From: Lachnoclostridium sp.
GTDB taxonomy: Bacteria > Bacillota > Clostridia > Lachnospirales > Lachnospiraceae
Direction of reading: 5' to 3'
DNA: 64,000 nucleotides
NCBI GenBank assembly: GCA_021770065.1
Contig: JAETRR010000012.1
Span: 207 to 64,206 of the forward strand
In this document: piece after piece, positions 1 to 8,374 of the stretch
How the letters are laid out: the number at the start of each line of letters is the position of its first letter
Numbering within the stretch: position 1 is the first letter of the stretch
Made by a program: the position numbers and the translations under genes
Notes under the pieces: generated by a model
Databases searched by the model: none
What the model was told of the DNA's origin: nothing
Seen by the model: only the letters and a program-made list of their open reading frames with translations

Positions 1-22
1 GCGTTCAACACGCAACTTTGAC

Positions 23-51
23 ATCTTACCACGTCGCTTTTGCTTTGTCAA
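23..51 (-). promoter_or_regulatory. second putative sigma-A promoter, tandem with the first
   Basis: Minus strand reads TTGACA (51..46), a 17-nt spacer, then TAAGAT (28..23). Confidence 0.4.
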
Positions 52-103
52 TACCTTGTTTTGTATTTTTTCAAAAACTTTTTCACCGACGCGGTGGAAT
101 TAT

Positions 104-132
104 ATTATATCATCTTGTCCCTATTCTGTCAA
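104..132 (-). promoter_or_regulatory. putative sigma-A promoter firing toward the left window edge
   Basis: Minus strand reads TTGACA (132..127), a 17-nt spacer, then TATAAT (109..104). No gene follows inside the window. Confidence 0.5.
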
Positions 133-170
133 TGACTGGAAGGGGCAAAAAAAATATCTTTTGAAAAGAA

Positions 171-260
171 GCGGAGAAAGAGGGATTTGAACCCTCGCGC
201 CGTTATTCACGACCTACACCCTTAGCAGGGGCGCCTCTTCAGCCTCTTGAGTATTTCTCC
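171..260 (-). tRNA. tRNA-Ser (anticodon GCU)
   Basis: Minus strand reads GGAGAAATACTCAAGAGGCTGAAGAGGCGCCCCTGCTAAGGGTG...GCGAGGGTTCAAATCCCTCTTTCTCCG. It has a 7-bp acceptor stem, the anticodon loop CT-GCT-AA, a long variable arm and a GGTTCAAATCC T-loop. CCA is not encoded. Confidence 0.9.
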
Positions 261-330
261 TGAAGTTCTATCTTTCAAACGATATTCTTTTCTACGTCAC
301 CTGTGACGCAGAAGTTATTATACTTGACCT

Positions 331-819
331 TTACTTGTTTGTCAACAGGTTTTTTTCTTTTTTTCGATTTTCCCGCAGATGTTGAAAAAAAGCGCTCAGC
401 ATTTCGCTGCACTCCTTTTCCAGCACCCCTCTTTCCACCTCTGCCTGATGGTTAAACTGAGGGTTCTCTAAAAGATTCAGAACCGAACCTGCACAGCCTG
501 CTTTCGGATTCATGGCTCCGATCACCACACGTCCCATACGTGCCTGTACAATTGCTCCGGCGCACATCTGACAGGGTTCCAGGGTGATGTACATCGTACA
601 GTCCTCCAGCCTCCAGTCCCCTGTCTTTCTGCTTGCTTTCCGAATGGCGATCAGTTCCGCATGAGACAGTGTATTCTTATCCGTATTCCTGCGGTTGTAT
701 CCGCGGGCAATAATCCGCCCTTCCTTTACAATAACGCAGCCTATGGGTACCTCCTCCAGAGCCTCTGCTTTTCCGGCCTGGCGTAAGGCTTCCTTCATAT
801 ACTTTTCATCCTCTGTCAT
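331..819 (-). CDS. tadA: tRNA adenosine(34) deaminase TadA
   Basis: CMP/dCMP-type zinc deaminase motifs HAE (SHAELIAI) and PCQMC are present. AGGAGA lies 7 nt upstream of the ATG at 819. The longer 843 start is GTG with no RBS. Confidence 0.9.
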   Translation of the reverse strand: MTEDEKYMKEALRQAGKAEALEEVPIGCVIVKEGRIIARGYNRRNTDKNTLSHAELIAIRKASRKTGDWRLEDCTMYITLEPCQMCAGAIVQARMGRVVIGAMNPKAGCAGSVLNLLENPQFNHQAEVERGVLEKECSEMLSAFFQHLRENRKKEKNLLTNK

Positions 820-852
820 GGTATTTCTCCTGTTGCCGGTCACTCTTTAAAC

Positions 853-1776
853 TTAATTTCCCAGAGTACGGCACCAATATCCGAAAGCACCTTTTCCCGC
901 TCCCGGCTCCTTCAGCATCCGAAACTCCTGAAACCCGAACATGGAGGCCATCATCTGCTCTTGATCACTGTAAACTCCGGGAACGCCTATGTAATAAGTA
1001 GTTTCTTCTTCCGTCTGCCTCCGCAGAAGAAGAAGATGGCGGTAATGGTAGATTCCGTGAAGGAGAAAGCTGTTGTTGCCAAGCTCCCATTTATCCCGGG
1101 GCACCTTTGTAAGACTCTTGGGATCCAGACGGATACTGGACATGACGGCTCCCTCTCCATCCACATACTGCACCACCGGAAAATGTCTGGTAAGATATTC
1201 CCATTGTTCCTGACGGGAATCCGGCCTCCTCACCGGTTTCTCCGGTTCCGTCATTTCCTGTTCTGCCGGTTCCTCTGCAGATGCCTCCAGAGCTATCTGC
1301 GCCGCCCGGACTGCTTCCTCCGGCTCTCTTTCTTTTTCCGAAGCTGTTCCTTCAGATGTTCCGCCCACAGTCTGCCTGACCGACCTCCTCAGGGGCTCAA
1401 ACCTTTCCACATCTACCGGAAAATCGTTCCACTGTGCTGCGTAGATATGGTCTTCCCCTTCTATATAGATTCCCTGGCTTTCTTCCAGGCCAAAGCCGCC
1501 CTTCATCAGATTGTCCGTCACTGTAACTCCGCTCCACTCCAGGGCTCCGTTTTTATCTTCCAGTTCCCCCAGGGGCAGTCCCAAAAGACGCTCCCGTTTC
1601 TGGGTAAATATATATGCTTCGCAGGGTCTCTGCCCCCGGGTATAGAAGCCGCGCATGTGAATATGGATTTTGCAGATTCCGTCCCGGGCATTTACTTTTA
1701 CGAATCCAAGGCTCTCCCTTTTTTCTCCCTGGACATACTCATAGATATAGGAAATAAATCGTTTATAGTCAGACAA
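853..1776 (-). CDS. conserved hypothetical two-domain protein with an acidic linker
   Basis: Long ORF with coding-like composition. GGAGGT precedes a TTG start at 1776 (MSDYKRFISYIYEY...). The N- and C-terminal globular parts are joined by an E/P-rich linker. I recognise no catalytic motif. It resembles uncharacterised Lachnospiraceae DUF proteins, from memory only. Confidence 0.6.
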   Translation of the reverse strand: MSDYKRFISYIYEYVQGEKRESLGFVKVNARDGICKIHIHMRGFYTRGQRPCEAYIFTQKRERLLGLPLGELEDKNGALEWSGVTVTDNLMKGGFGLEESQGIYIEGEDHIYAAQWNDFPVDVERFEPLRRSVRQTVGGTSEGTASEKEREPEEAVRAAQIALEASAEEPAEQEMTEPEKPVRRPDSRQEQWEYLTRHFPVVQYVDGEGAVMSSIRLDPKSLTKVPRDKWELGNNSFLLHGIYHYRHLLLLRRQTEEETTYYIGVPGVYSDQEQMMASMFGFQEFRMLKEPGAGKGAFGYWCRTLGN

Positions 1777-1929
1777 AAAGCTACCTCCATTCCAGAAACT
1801 CGCTGTTCTCCCGTTCCGCAATTTCCTCTGAAAAAGGATTTCCATTCGCAGAACTGCGTTCTCTGAAATATTCTATGCCCGACTTGTCTTTCTCATGTCT
1901 AATCCGACAAAACTTCTTAACTGCTCTGG

Positions 1930-2829
1930 TTATGATGGCTGTTCTGCAGCTTTTTGCATCTCCCATGTCCGATTTGCAAGTTCTGCAAACTGGGCAAGGG
2001 TCAATGCCTCCCCTCGTATGCCCGGTGAAAGTTCCATTTTTTTCAGAGCCTCCTCAAAGGCTTCTTTAGATACCAGAATATCCGGCGCATGGTTCAGGCC
2101 GTTTACCAGGGTCTTTCTGCGCTGCTGAAAGGAGGCGCGTATCAGCCGGAACAGATATGTCTCATTTTCCACCCGGACCGGGGGCTTCTCATGCCTGGTC
2201 AGCCGTATCACGGCCGATCCCACCCTCGGCCTTGGCATAAAGCAGTTAGGCGGCACATTGGCTATCAGTTCCGGGCGGGCGTAATACTGCACAGCCAGGG
2301 AAAGGGCTCCGTAGTCCTTTGACCCAGGGCCCGTCCGCATTCGGTCCGCCACTTCCTTCTGTACCATCACTGTTATGCTTTCAACCGGCACATGACTTTC
2401 AAAAAGCCCCATAATAATAGGTGTTGTAATATAGTAGGGAAGGTTCGCCACTACCTTTATGGGCCGTCCTCCATTCTGCTCCTTCGCCAGACGGAAGAGG
2501 TCCACCTTTAAAACGTCCTCATTGAGAATGGTTACATTGTCATACTCCTTTAAGGTGTCTTCCAGAATGGGAATCAGTGCCTTGTCAATCTCTATAGCCG
2601 TCACCCGGCCTGCCGCAAAGGCCAGATACTGGGTCATGGTTCCTATCCCCGGCCCCACCTCAACCACAAAATCCTCCGGCCCAATCCGGGCCGCACGAAT
2701 AATTTTATCCAGTACATGCGTATCAATCAGAAAATTCTGTCCGTATTTTTTCTGAAACACAAAACGATATTGATTCAATACGGCAATTGTATTTTGAGGA
2801 TTCCCCAAAACCGGAACCGGCCTGTTCAT
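1930..2829 (-). CDS. rsmA: 16S rRNA (adenine1518/1519-N6)-dimethyltransferase RsmA/KsgA
   Basis: Contains QNFLID, the VVEVGPGIGTMT SAM motif and NLPYYITTP. GGAAGGAGAG precedes the ATG at 2829. Confidence 0.92.
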   Translation of the reverse strand: MNRPVPVLGNPQNTIAVLNQYRFVFQKKYGQNFLIDTHVLDKIIRAARIGPEDFVVEVGPGIGTMTQYLAFAAGRVTAIEIDKALIPILEDTLKEYDNVTILNEDVLKVDLFRLAKEQNGGRPIKVVANLPYYITTPIIMGLFESHVPVESITVMVQKEVADRMRTGPGSKDYGALSLAVQYYARPELIANVPPNCFMPRPRVGSAVIRLTRHEKPPVRVENETYLFRLIRASFQQRRKTLVNGLNHAPDILVSKEAFEEALKKMELSPGIRGEALTLAQFAELANRTWEMQKAAEQPS

Positions 2830-2882
2830 AAAAAGCTCTCCTTCCCGAAAGGCATACGAATATGCCGACATGTCCGCACGGC

Positions 2883-3653
2883 TCATCGCCCTCCAAAATA
2901 CAGGGTTTTGGCATTTTCATTGGTCACGCGGATAACCTCTTTCGTCTCAATCCCTTTCAGCTGCCCTATCGCTTCCGCAATATAGGGAAGATTTAAAGAG
3001 GTGTTTCGTTTCCCTCTGTTAGGCTCCGGAGCCAGATACGGGCAGTCCGTCTCCAGGAGAATCCGCTCTAAAGGCAGCATCTTCACAACCTCTTTCAGCT
3101 TTTTTGCGTTTTTAAAAGTGACTACGCCGCCTATTCCGATATAGTATCCCATATCCAGATATTCCCCGGCAAGCTCCGGCCCGTAGGAAAAACAGTGAAT
3201 TACCCCCCGGAGCTTTGGCGAATGAGCGGCACGCACTGCTTCTAAGGTATCTGCCGCCGCTTCCCTGCTGTGTACGATTATGGGAAGTCCCAGCTCCTTC
3301 GCCAGCTCCATCTGACGGCGGAACCAATATTTCTGAAGTTCATGCTTTTCCTTATCCCAATAGTAATCCAGGCCGATTTCACCGACAGCGACAGCTTTCG
3401 GATGGCGGCACTGCCCGCACAGCCACGCAAATGCCTCCTCGCTTAACTCTCCCGTCTCGTCCGGATGAATTCCTACCGCACCGTAAATAAAAGGATACTT
3501 CTCCGCAAGCGCCAGTGTGCTTTTTACCGAATCCAGACTGGCACTGACATTTATTATCGTCTCTATACCCTGTTCCCGGCATTGGTTCAATATTTCCTCC
3601 CGGTCGGCATCAAACGCTGTATCGTCATAATGTGCATGGCTTTCAAATATCAT
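2883..3653 (-). CDS. TatD family metal-dependent hydrolase (YabD-like)
   Basis: Begins MIFESHAHYDD and contains GEIGLDYYW and ETDCPYLAP, which are typical TatD motifs. It sits upstream of rsmA as in B. subtilis. Confidence 0.9.
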   Translation of the reverse strand: MIFESHAHYDDTAFDADREEILNQCREQGIETIINVSASLDSVKSTLALAEKYPFIYGAVGIHPDETGELSEEAFAWLCGQCRHPKAVAVGEIGLDYYWDKEKHELQKYWFRRQMELAKELGLPIIVHSREAAADTLEAVRAAHSPKLRGVIHCFSYGPELAGEYLDMGYYIGIGGVVTFKNAKKLKEVVKMLPLERILLETDCPYLAPEPNRGKRNTSLNLPYIAEAIGQLKGIETKEVIRVTNENAKTLYFGGR

Positions 3654-4725
3654 TTTGCTTCTCCTTACCCGCTGTCCTGCTGATTAAACCCGAAAAAGTT
3701 TCCTCCCTTTCGTTCTTATTATAAAGGAGTTCCCCCGAAAGATCTACCACATATTTCACGTCTGCGAAGCCCACATGGTCGCCGGAGCGGATTCGTGCTT
3801 TTTCGTTTACTTCCAGGCGGCCGCCGTTTAGAAAGGTGCCGTTGGTGGAATTGAGATCGGTCAGATAATAAATGCCGTTTTCCTTTGAAATCTTTCCGTG
3901 AAAACGTGAAATTCCTCTTGCTTTGATGAAGCCGTCAACGACGTCCTTTTTCTTTCCAATCACAAATTGTTCCCCTGTGATTTCCATGCTTGGATAGGAA
4001 GGGTTCTCACTGCGCAGTACCAGACCCGGGGTTTTCTTTAAAAATGTGGTTTCACCTCTTTCACTGTGATGCTGCAAAGGCTCCATAACTGCCTGTATCT
4101 GTGCCGCCTGTACATCCGGCTCTGCTCCAGGCGCCTCTTTTACTTCTTCTGTCTCGTCCCCTGCTTCCTCTGTTTTTTCTTCCGGCTTCTTTGTACTCTT
4201 CCATTTTGTAAGGATCTGCTCTAAAGAAGTATTTTCCTCTCCTGCCATGCGGTAGAACTCATATCCCAGAGCTACAGCTCCCGGATCCTCTTTGTCAAGG
4301 CGGTCCAGGAGATATTCTGCCAGTTCCAAAAGTCCGCTTTTCATATCTCCCTCATAACAGGGAAACAGACAGAAGGAAAATTCCCATGTATCCGGATCCA
4401 GATAAATGTAATCCGGATCCAGCAGCAGCGCCCGGGTATCCAGCAGATATTCTTCGCAGCTTTCTGCCGTCCGAAGAAGCCCGTCAAGCAGAGCTTCTAA
4501 CTGAAAAACCGTCAGACGCCTGCGCTCCAGTACCAGGCAGAGATTCTGCCGGGAGGTAATTTCATAATAAAACGCCGCATCTTTGTCCATTCTGCTTAAG
4601 GTGCATTCCAAAAGGCCGGGAATTCTGTTTTTTATAAGCATGCCGGCCTGATAATTACTCTGAAATTCCTCCTGCTCCAATATCAGATAATTGTGATCGA
4701 GTTCTCTCTTATAAGACGTTTTCAT
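3643..4725 (-). CDS. FHA domain-containing protein, last gene of the Tad locus
   Basis: The C-terminal FHA signature is GISRFHGKISKENGIYYLTDLNSTNGTFLNGGRL. The N-terminal ~180 aa are of unknown function and are followed by an acidic linker. The stop overlaps the tatD start by 11 nt. Confidence 0.8.
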   Translation of the reverse strand: MKTSYKRELDHNYLILEQEEFQSNYQAGMLIKNRIPGLLECTLSRMDKDAAFYYEITSRQNLCLVLERRRLTVFQLEALLDGLLRTAESCEEYLLDTRALLLDPDYIYLDPDTWEFSFCLFPCYEGDMKSGLLELAEYLLDRLDKEDPGAVALGYEFYRMAGEENTSLEQILTKWKSTKKPEEKTEEAGDETEEVKEAPGAEPDVQAAQIQAVMEPLQHHSERGETTFLKKTPGLVLRSENPSYPSMEITGEQFVIGKKKDVVDGFIKARGISRFHGKISKENGIYYLTDLNSTNGTFLNGGRLEVNEKARIRSGDHVGFADVKYVVDLSGELLYNKNEREETFSGLISRTAGKEKQNDI

Positions 4726-4736
4726 ACAATACCTCT

Positions 4737-4780
4737 ATTCCAGTTCCGGGATATTACTGTTTCCAGTTCCGTAATATCCC
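4737..4780 (-). repeat. RBS-proximal hairpin module, family 2 (GGGATATTAC-N13-GTAATATCCC)
   Basis: A 10-bp inverted repeat (4748..4757 and 4771..4780) has the loop TGTTTCCAGTTCC. TTCCAGTTCCG is repeated at 4737 and 4760. The same module occurs at 19255..19285. Confidence 0.7.
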
Positions 4781-4788
4781 TTACATGT

Positions 4789-5199
4789 TTAAAGTTTCTT
4801 TAGTTCCCGGATGCTTCGAAGCCTCTTGGCCGGATTCAGGCGGACTGCCTGTTCTTCTTCCACCGCTTTTAAGCCCCCGAGAAGGCCGGTTTTTCCCGAA
4901 TAACTCACCGAAATGCGCTGTTTTGTAACTTTTACCGATACTTCCGGTTCCCTCAGGCAGAGAAGCTTTCCTCTTGCCAGTCCAGCCGCCTGTCCCTGAA
5001 GCCAGACTTCCAGTTCTTTTTCTGTCTGATATTTTTTTGCAGCTCCCTTTCCTGCCAGCTCTGCGGCACAGGAAGACAAAACACTTCTGTCGTGGAGATA
5101 CAGGCACAGACACAGAAATACGAATATAAGCAGAATCAAAAACGGAATCAGCATGGATGCCTCCACTGCAAAGCTTCCTTTTTGTAATCTTTTTCTCAC
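4789..5199 (-). CDS. TadE/TadG-like pseudopilin (Tad pilus assembly protein)
   Basis: The N-terminus KGSFAVEASMLIPFLILLIFVFL matches the TadE-like G-x-x-x-V-E hydrophobic motif. It lies within the Tad locus. Confidence 0.7.
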   Translation of the reverse strand: MRKRLQKGSFAVEASMLIPFLILLIFVFLCLCLYLHDRSVLSSCAAELAGKGAAKKYQTEKELEVWLQGQAAGLARGKLLCLREPEVSVKVTKQRISVSYSGKTGLLGGLKAVEEEQAVRLNPAKRLRSIRELKKL

Positions 5200-5621
5200 A
5201 AAAACAACCTCCCTATAAATCCTAATAGTAAAAACGGAACGAACGGAAGCCGATCCTTAAGCTTCACCTTTTTTACCAAAACGCCCGCCCCCAGAATCAA
5301 TGCACTTAAGACCGCCCCCAGAAATAACAGGTTCAGATTCTCCCAGAATCCCAGATAAATCCCGGTAACACAGAGCAGGAAACCGTCTCCAAAGCCAATG
5401 GCTTCCCCTGTGAGAAACGCTGTCAGCAAAAGCAGAATCCCAAGCCCTGCGCCTCCCGCTGCTTCAAGCAGGCTCTGATAGCCGAGCCATACATTCAAGC
5501 CGATTCCGGCTGCCCCGAAGCTCAAAAGGCTGACAAGGCTTACCTCGCCTTTTCGCCAGTCCAGTATGCCGTTAATAAGGAGCAGCAGGAAAACGGCCGA
5601 TTTTATTATTTTTGCTTCCAT
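5196..5621 (-). CDS. A24 family prepilin peptidase (TadV/CpaA-like)
   Basis: Polytopic 141-aa membrane protein with the two aspartate motifs (ILDWRKGEV and GFGDGFLL) typical of Flp prepilin peptidases. Confidence 0.8.
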   Translation of the reverse strand: MEAKIIKSAVFLLLLINGILDWRKGEVSLVSLLSFGAAGIGLNVWLGYQSLLEAAGGAGLGILLLLTAFLTGEAIGFGDGFLLCVTGIYLGFWENLNLLFLGAVLSALILGAGVLVKKVKLKDRLPFVPFLLLGFIGRLFL

Positions 5622-5634
5622 AAATTAATCTTTT

Positions 5635-6534
5635 CTATCCTCCGCATACAGAGCAGGGCGGCAGTCCGCCCGTCTCCGAAATCAAAACCGTCCGAATCCC
5701 TCTCACCAGTCCGGAGCAATTCAGTGTCGCGTGATATCTGTTCCCTTCCTTCGTAATATAAACTACACGGCTTCCGTCTTTCCAGCACCGCTCACAGGGG
5801 GTATATTTTCCTCCGCTCCCATTGCGCAGGCTTTCCGTCTGCGCCAAGGCCGCCTGCTGAACGGAAAGCTTTAAATGTCTGCAGTTTAACCTTCGATGAT
5901 ATACGGTTCCATAGTCAGTTACATAGACGATCTCTTCCCCCTGTTGTCCCGAAACCGCCTGCCTTTTCCCAAAGCCGGTCCATCCCCGGACAACCTTTAT
6001 CTGAGTGATTTTGACGGGTCGAAACCAGGAAATCCCCGGCGGAAGAAGCACCTGGTAAGATGCCCGCAGCGTCAGAACAAAGTCCTGTGTACTCCATCCG
6101 CTTCCGGCCAGGGATATCCCGTCCGCCCCCTGCTTTATGATTTCCACTCCTGGCTGTCCGCTCAAGTACTCTTTTACTTTCCGCTTCCCTTCCGCCCCTG
6201 CCAGAAGAGAGCTTCCTGTTCCGTCCATAAGGGATGCATTCTGCGACATCTCTCTGCCAGCGTCCGTAAGTGCACGCCCAACCTCTGTCTCTATCCGCAG
6301 AAGTACAAACAGATACAAAAGAGCGGTCAATGCAAAAAGGAACAGCGGAAATGCAAGAGCCGCCTCCACGGTCATACTGCCCCGAAAGCTTATGGGGGCG
6401 CACCATGATATTCTTTTGCAGGAAGAAATTTGATCATTATATGGAATATCCGATGAACTAACGGTATAATCATTTGCAACTGCCTGGAGAGCTTTCTTTT
6501 TTCTTAGAGACTCTTCTCCGCAAAAGAACATCAT
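5635..6534 (-). CDS. TadE-like membrane protein with two C-terminal YH-x4-C...C-x2-C modules
   Basis: The TadE-like segment is GSMTVEAALAFPLFLFALTALLYLF. The C-terminus carries VYVTDYGTVYHRRLNCRHL...YTPCERC and VYITKEGNRYHATLNCSGL...LPPCSVC. Confidence 0.65.
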   Translation of the reverse strand: MMFFCGEESLRKKKALQAVANDYTVSSSDIPYNDQISSCKRISWCAPISFRGSMTVEAALAFPLFLFALTALLYLFVLLRIETEVGRALTDAGREMSQNASLMDGTGSSLLAGAEGKRKVKEYLSGQPGVEIIKQGADGISLAGSGWSTQDFVLTLRASYQVLLPPGISWFRPVKITQIKVVRGWTGFGKRQAVSGQQGEEIVYVTDYGTVYHRRLNCRHLKLSVQQAALAQTESLRNGSGGKYTPCERCWKDGSRVVYITKEGNRYHATLNCSGLVRGIRTVLISETGGLPPCSVCGG

Positions 6535-6618
6535 GGTACACCCCTCACTTTCCGGAGTCTTTTTTACTCCTGTTTATTTCGACGGTTTTTTCAGAAACGA
6601 AGTCCGGATCGTATACTG

Positions 6619-8010
6619 CTACCACTCGTAGCAGAATGTCCGCTCTGACATCCATTCTTTTCCGTTAAAAAGAATGGTCCGAATCCGGAAGCCGTCCGTA
6701 CACTGGTCTATGTAAAAGCCTCCGCAGCCCGGAAGCCTTTGTATCACGCCCTCTATTACATCCAGGCTTCTCATTGTCTTTTTCTCACGCCCCAGAGGAG
6801 CCAGCAGCATCCCTAAGTAATCTTTATAGGAAAGTCCGCCCGAATCTTCACCCCTGTCAAATCCAGAGGCCGAGTTCTGCAGATCCAACGCTCCCGAAAG
6901 GGAAGTCCGCCAGACGCCGTCTCCCTTCCAGAAGGCGCTCTTCTTTCCATTTAAGAGAGCACGCACATCCGCCACACTCTCCGCAAATGCCCAGGCCAGC
7001 AGAAATGCCTGTTTTACGGCCTCCACCAGTCCCGGAATCATCGTGGCTCCCACCATAGCAATAGCCAGCGCCTCACATTCCGCCTGTTTTGCGGAATCAG
7101 TCAGCAGATATGCATAGTTTACACCCTCCCGTATTGCCAGGATTCGTTTACATACTGCCTCGAGATTTGCAATGTCCGTGTCCTTTCCTCCAATGAGGTA
7201 TTCCACCTGGTAGTCAAGCCAGGGACTGCTTTCTGTCTCTCCGGCCAGAAAATCCACGGCATTCGTAAGGTTCTCCAGCAAATATCCGTGAAAGAACAGA
7301 TCATTTCCCACCGTTCCCTCGTGTATCCCTCTGGCGCCGCTTCCGATCAGACAGTTCCTCTTAGAAGGCATGTTCTCCAGAATCACTTTTTTCCCGGATA
7401 CACTGCCCGTGTCAGGAAGGAGCAGATGAAGACAGCTCCCTCCCTGCAGCGTGTTGACGGATGATACGGGATCCGGTGTATGTACCTGTTCCTCCGTCTC
7501 CCGGCGCCGCCGTAACTCTTCCAGATTTTTCTCTTCCCTCGCCTTTGTCTCCTCGTATGCGGCGCTCTGTTCCTCCGCCTGCTTTTCCCATTGCTCACAG
7601 AAGCGGAGGCGATCAAGAATTGCCGCACCTGTTTTCTGCTTCATATAGGATACTGCCTGTTCATAGAAGGCCATACCCCTGTCGTCTGTGGCCCGCGAAA
7701 AGTCCCAGGCCTCCAGAGCCGTCACGCTGCCCTGCGGCAGATTTTCATTCAGAAATCCCCGAATCCGCTGTTCCAGATATGCCGTATCCTCCAGGCCGCT
7801 TCCGTATCCAAGCTCCACATAGATGAGACCATAGCGGTCGAAAAGCTCCCGATGGTACTCGGAAAGAACGGAATATTCTGCAAGTTCCAGAGCCTCCTGG
7901 GTCTGACTTCGGAGAAAGGCCAGCCTGGCAGATTGAAGGCACGCCTGAGAAAAGAAAAGCAGAACTGCCATCATAAGGCTTAAGAATACTGTAACCTCAC
8001 CTTTTTTCAT
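6619..8010 (-). CDS. Tad-locus membrane-anchored protein of unknown function
   Basis: It has an N-terminal pseudopilin-like anchor (MKKGEVTVFLSLMMAVLLFF) and a large extracytoplasmic domain. Its start lies 2 nt after the flp stop. Confidence 0.6.
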   Translation of the reverse strand: MKKGEVTVFLSLMMAVLLFFSQACLQSARLAFLRSQTQEALELAEYSVLSEYHRELFDRYGLIYVELGYGSGLEDTAYLEQRIRGFLNENLPQGSVTALEAWDFSRATDDRGMAFYEQAVSYMKQKTGAAILDRLRFCEQWEKQAEEQSAAYEETKAREEKNLEELRRRRETEEQVHTPDPVSSVNTLQGGSCLHLLLPDTGSVSGKKVILENMPSKRNCLIGSGARGIHEGTVGNDLFFHGYLLENLTNAVDFLAGETESSPWLDYQVEYLIGGKDTDIANLEAVCKRILAIREGVNYAYLLTDSAKQAECEALAIAMVGATMIPGLVEAVKQAFLLAWAFAESVADVRALLNGKKSAFWKGDGVWRTSLSGALDLQNSASGFDRGEDSGGLSYKDYLGMLLAPLGREKKTMRSLDVIEGVIQRLPGCGGFYIDQCTDGFRIRTILFNGKEWMSERTFCYEW

Positions 8011-8012
8011 AC

Positions 8013-8183
8013 TTATATTGTAGCGCTCTGGCTTGTGATTTTTTCAAAAATCGTGTTTACTAAGGTTGTGAGCTGGCTCTTAAAAATAATCACAAGGCCA
8101 ATCAGTACCACCAAAATCAGTATCATTTCTACTACTCCGATACCGTCCTCTTCTCTCCAAAACCGACACCATAACTTCTTCAT
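8013..8183 (-). CDS. flp: Flp family type IVb pilin (56 aa, absent from the ORF track)
   Basis: Hand translation gives MKKLWCRFWREEDGIGVVEMILILVVLIGLVIIFKSQLTTLVNTIFEKITSQSATI. There is a Flp-type processing motif (G/IGVVE) followed by a hydrophobic helix. GGAGGA lies 6 nt upstream of the ATG at 8183 and the stop TAA is at 8015..8013. Confidence 0.85.
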   Translation of the reverse strand: MKKLWCRFWREEDGIGVVEMILILVVLIGLVIIFKSQLTTLVNTIFEKITSQSATI

Positions 8184-8204
8184 ATTAATCCTCCATTCCT
8201 ATTT

Positions 8205-8374
8205 AAAGTCGCTGCGCGACAGCACTAAAGGGTAAAGTCGCTTCGACACACTGGTAGTGAGAGAAACTTTCATTCGAAAGGGCACTCATGAAAGTTCCTC
8301 TCGTGCGCCTTTGCGACTTTACCGTTCAAAGTCGCTGCGCGACAGCACTAAAGGGTAAAGTCGCTTCGACACAC
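8205..8374 (-). repeat. two perfect 47-nt direct repeats (8205..8251 and 8328..8374) flanking a 15-bp hairpin; structured flp leader, family 1
   Basis: AAAGTCGCTGCGCGACAGCACTAAAGGGTAAAGTCGCTTCGACACAC occurs twice with a period of 123 nt. The central hairpin pairs 8259..8273 with 8288..8302. A related copy lies at 33830..33869. Confidence 0.85.

Noticed and set aside
961-1866. A 301-aa plus-strand ORF.
   Set aside because: It lies entirely antisense to the 853..1776 gene. Its composition is low-complexity (F/L/R/S/P-rich), it has no RBS, and it is typical of shadow ORFs.
8205-8374. A possible CRISPR array, given the perfect direct repeats here and at 19162..19315.
   Set aside because: Each has only two copies, the repeat units are 47-49 nt, and no cas genes are present. 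The repeats sit in operon-internal leaders.
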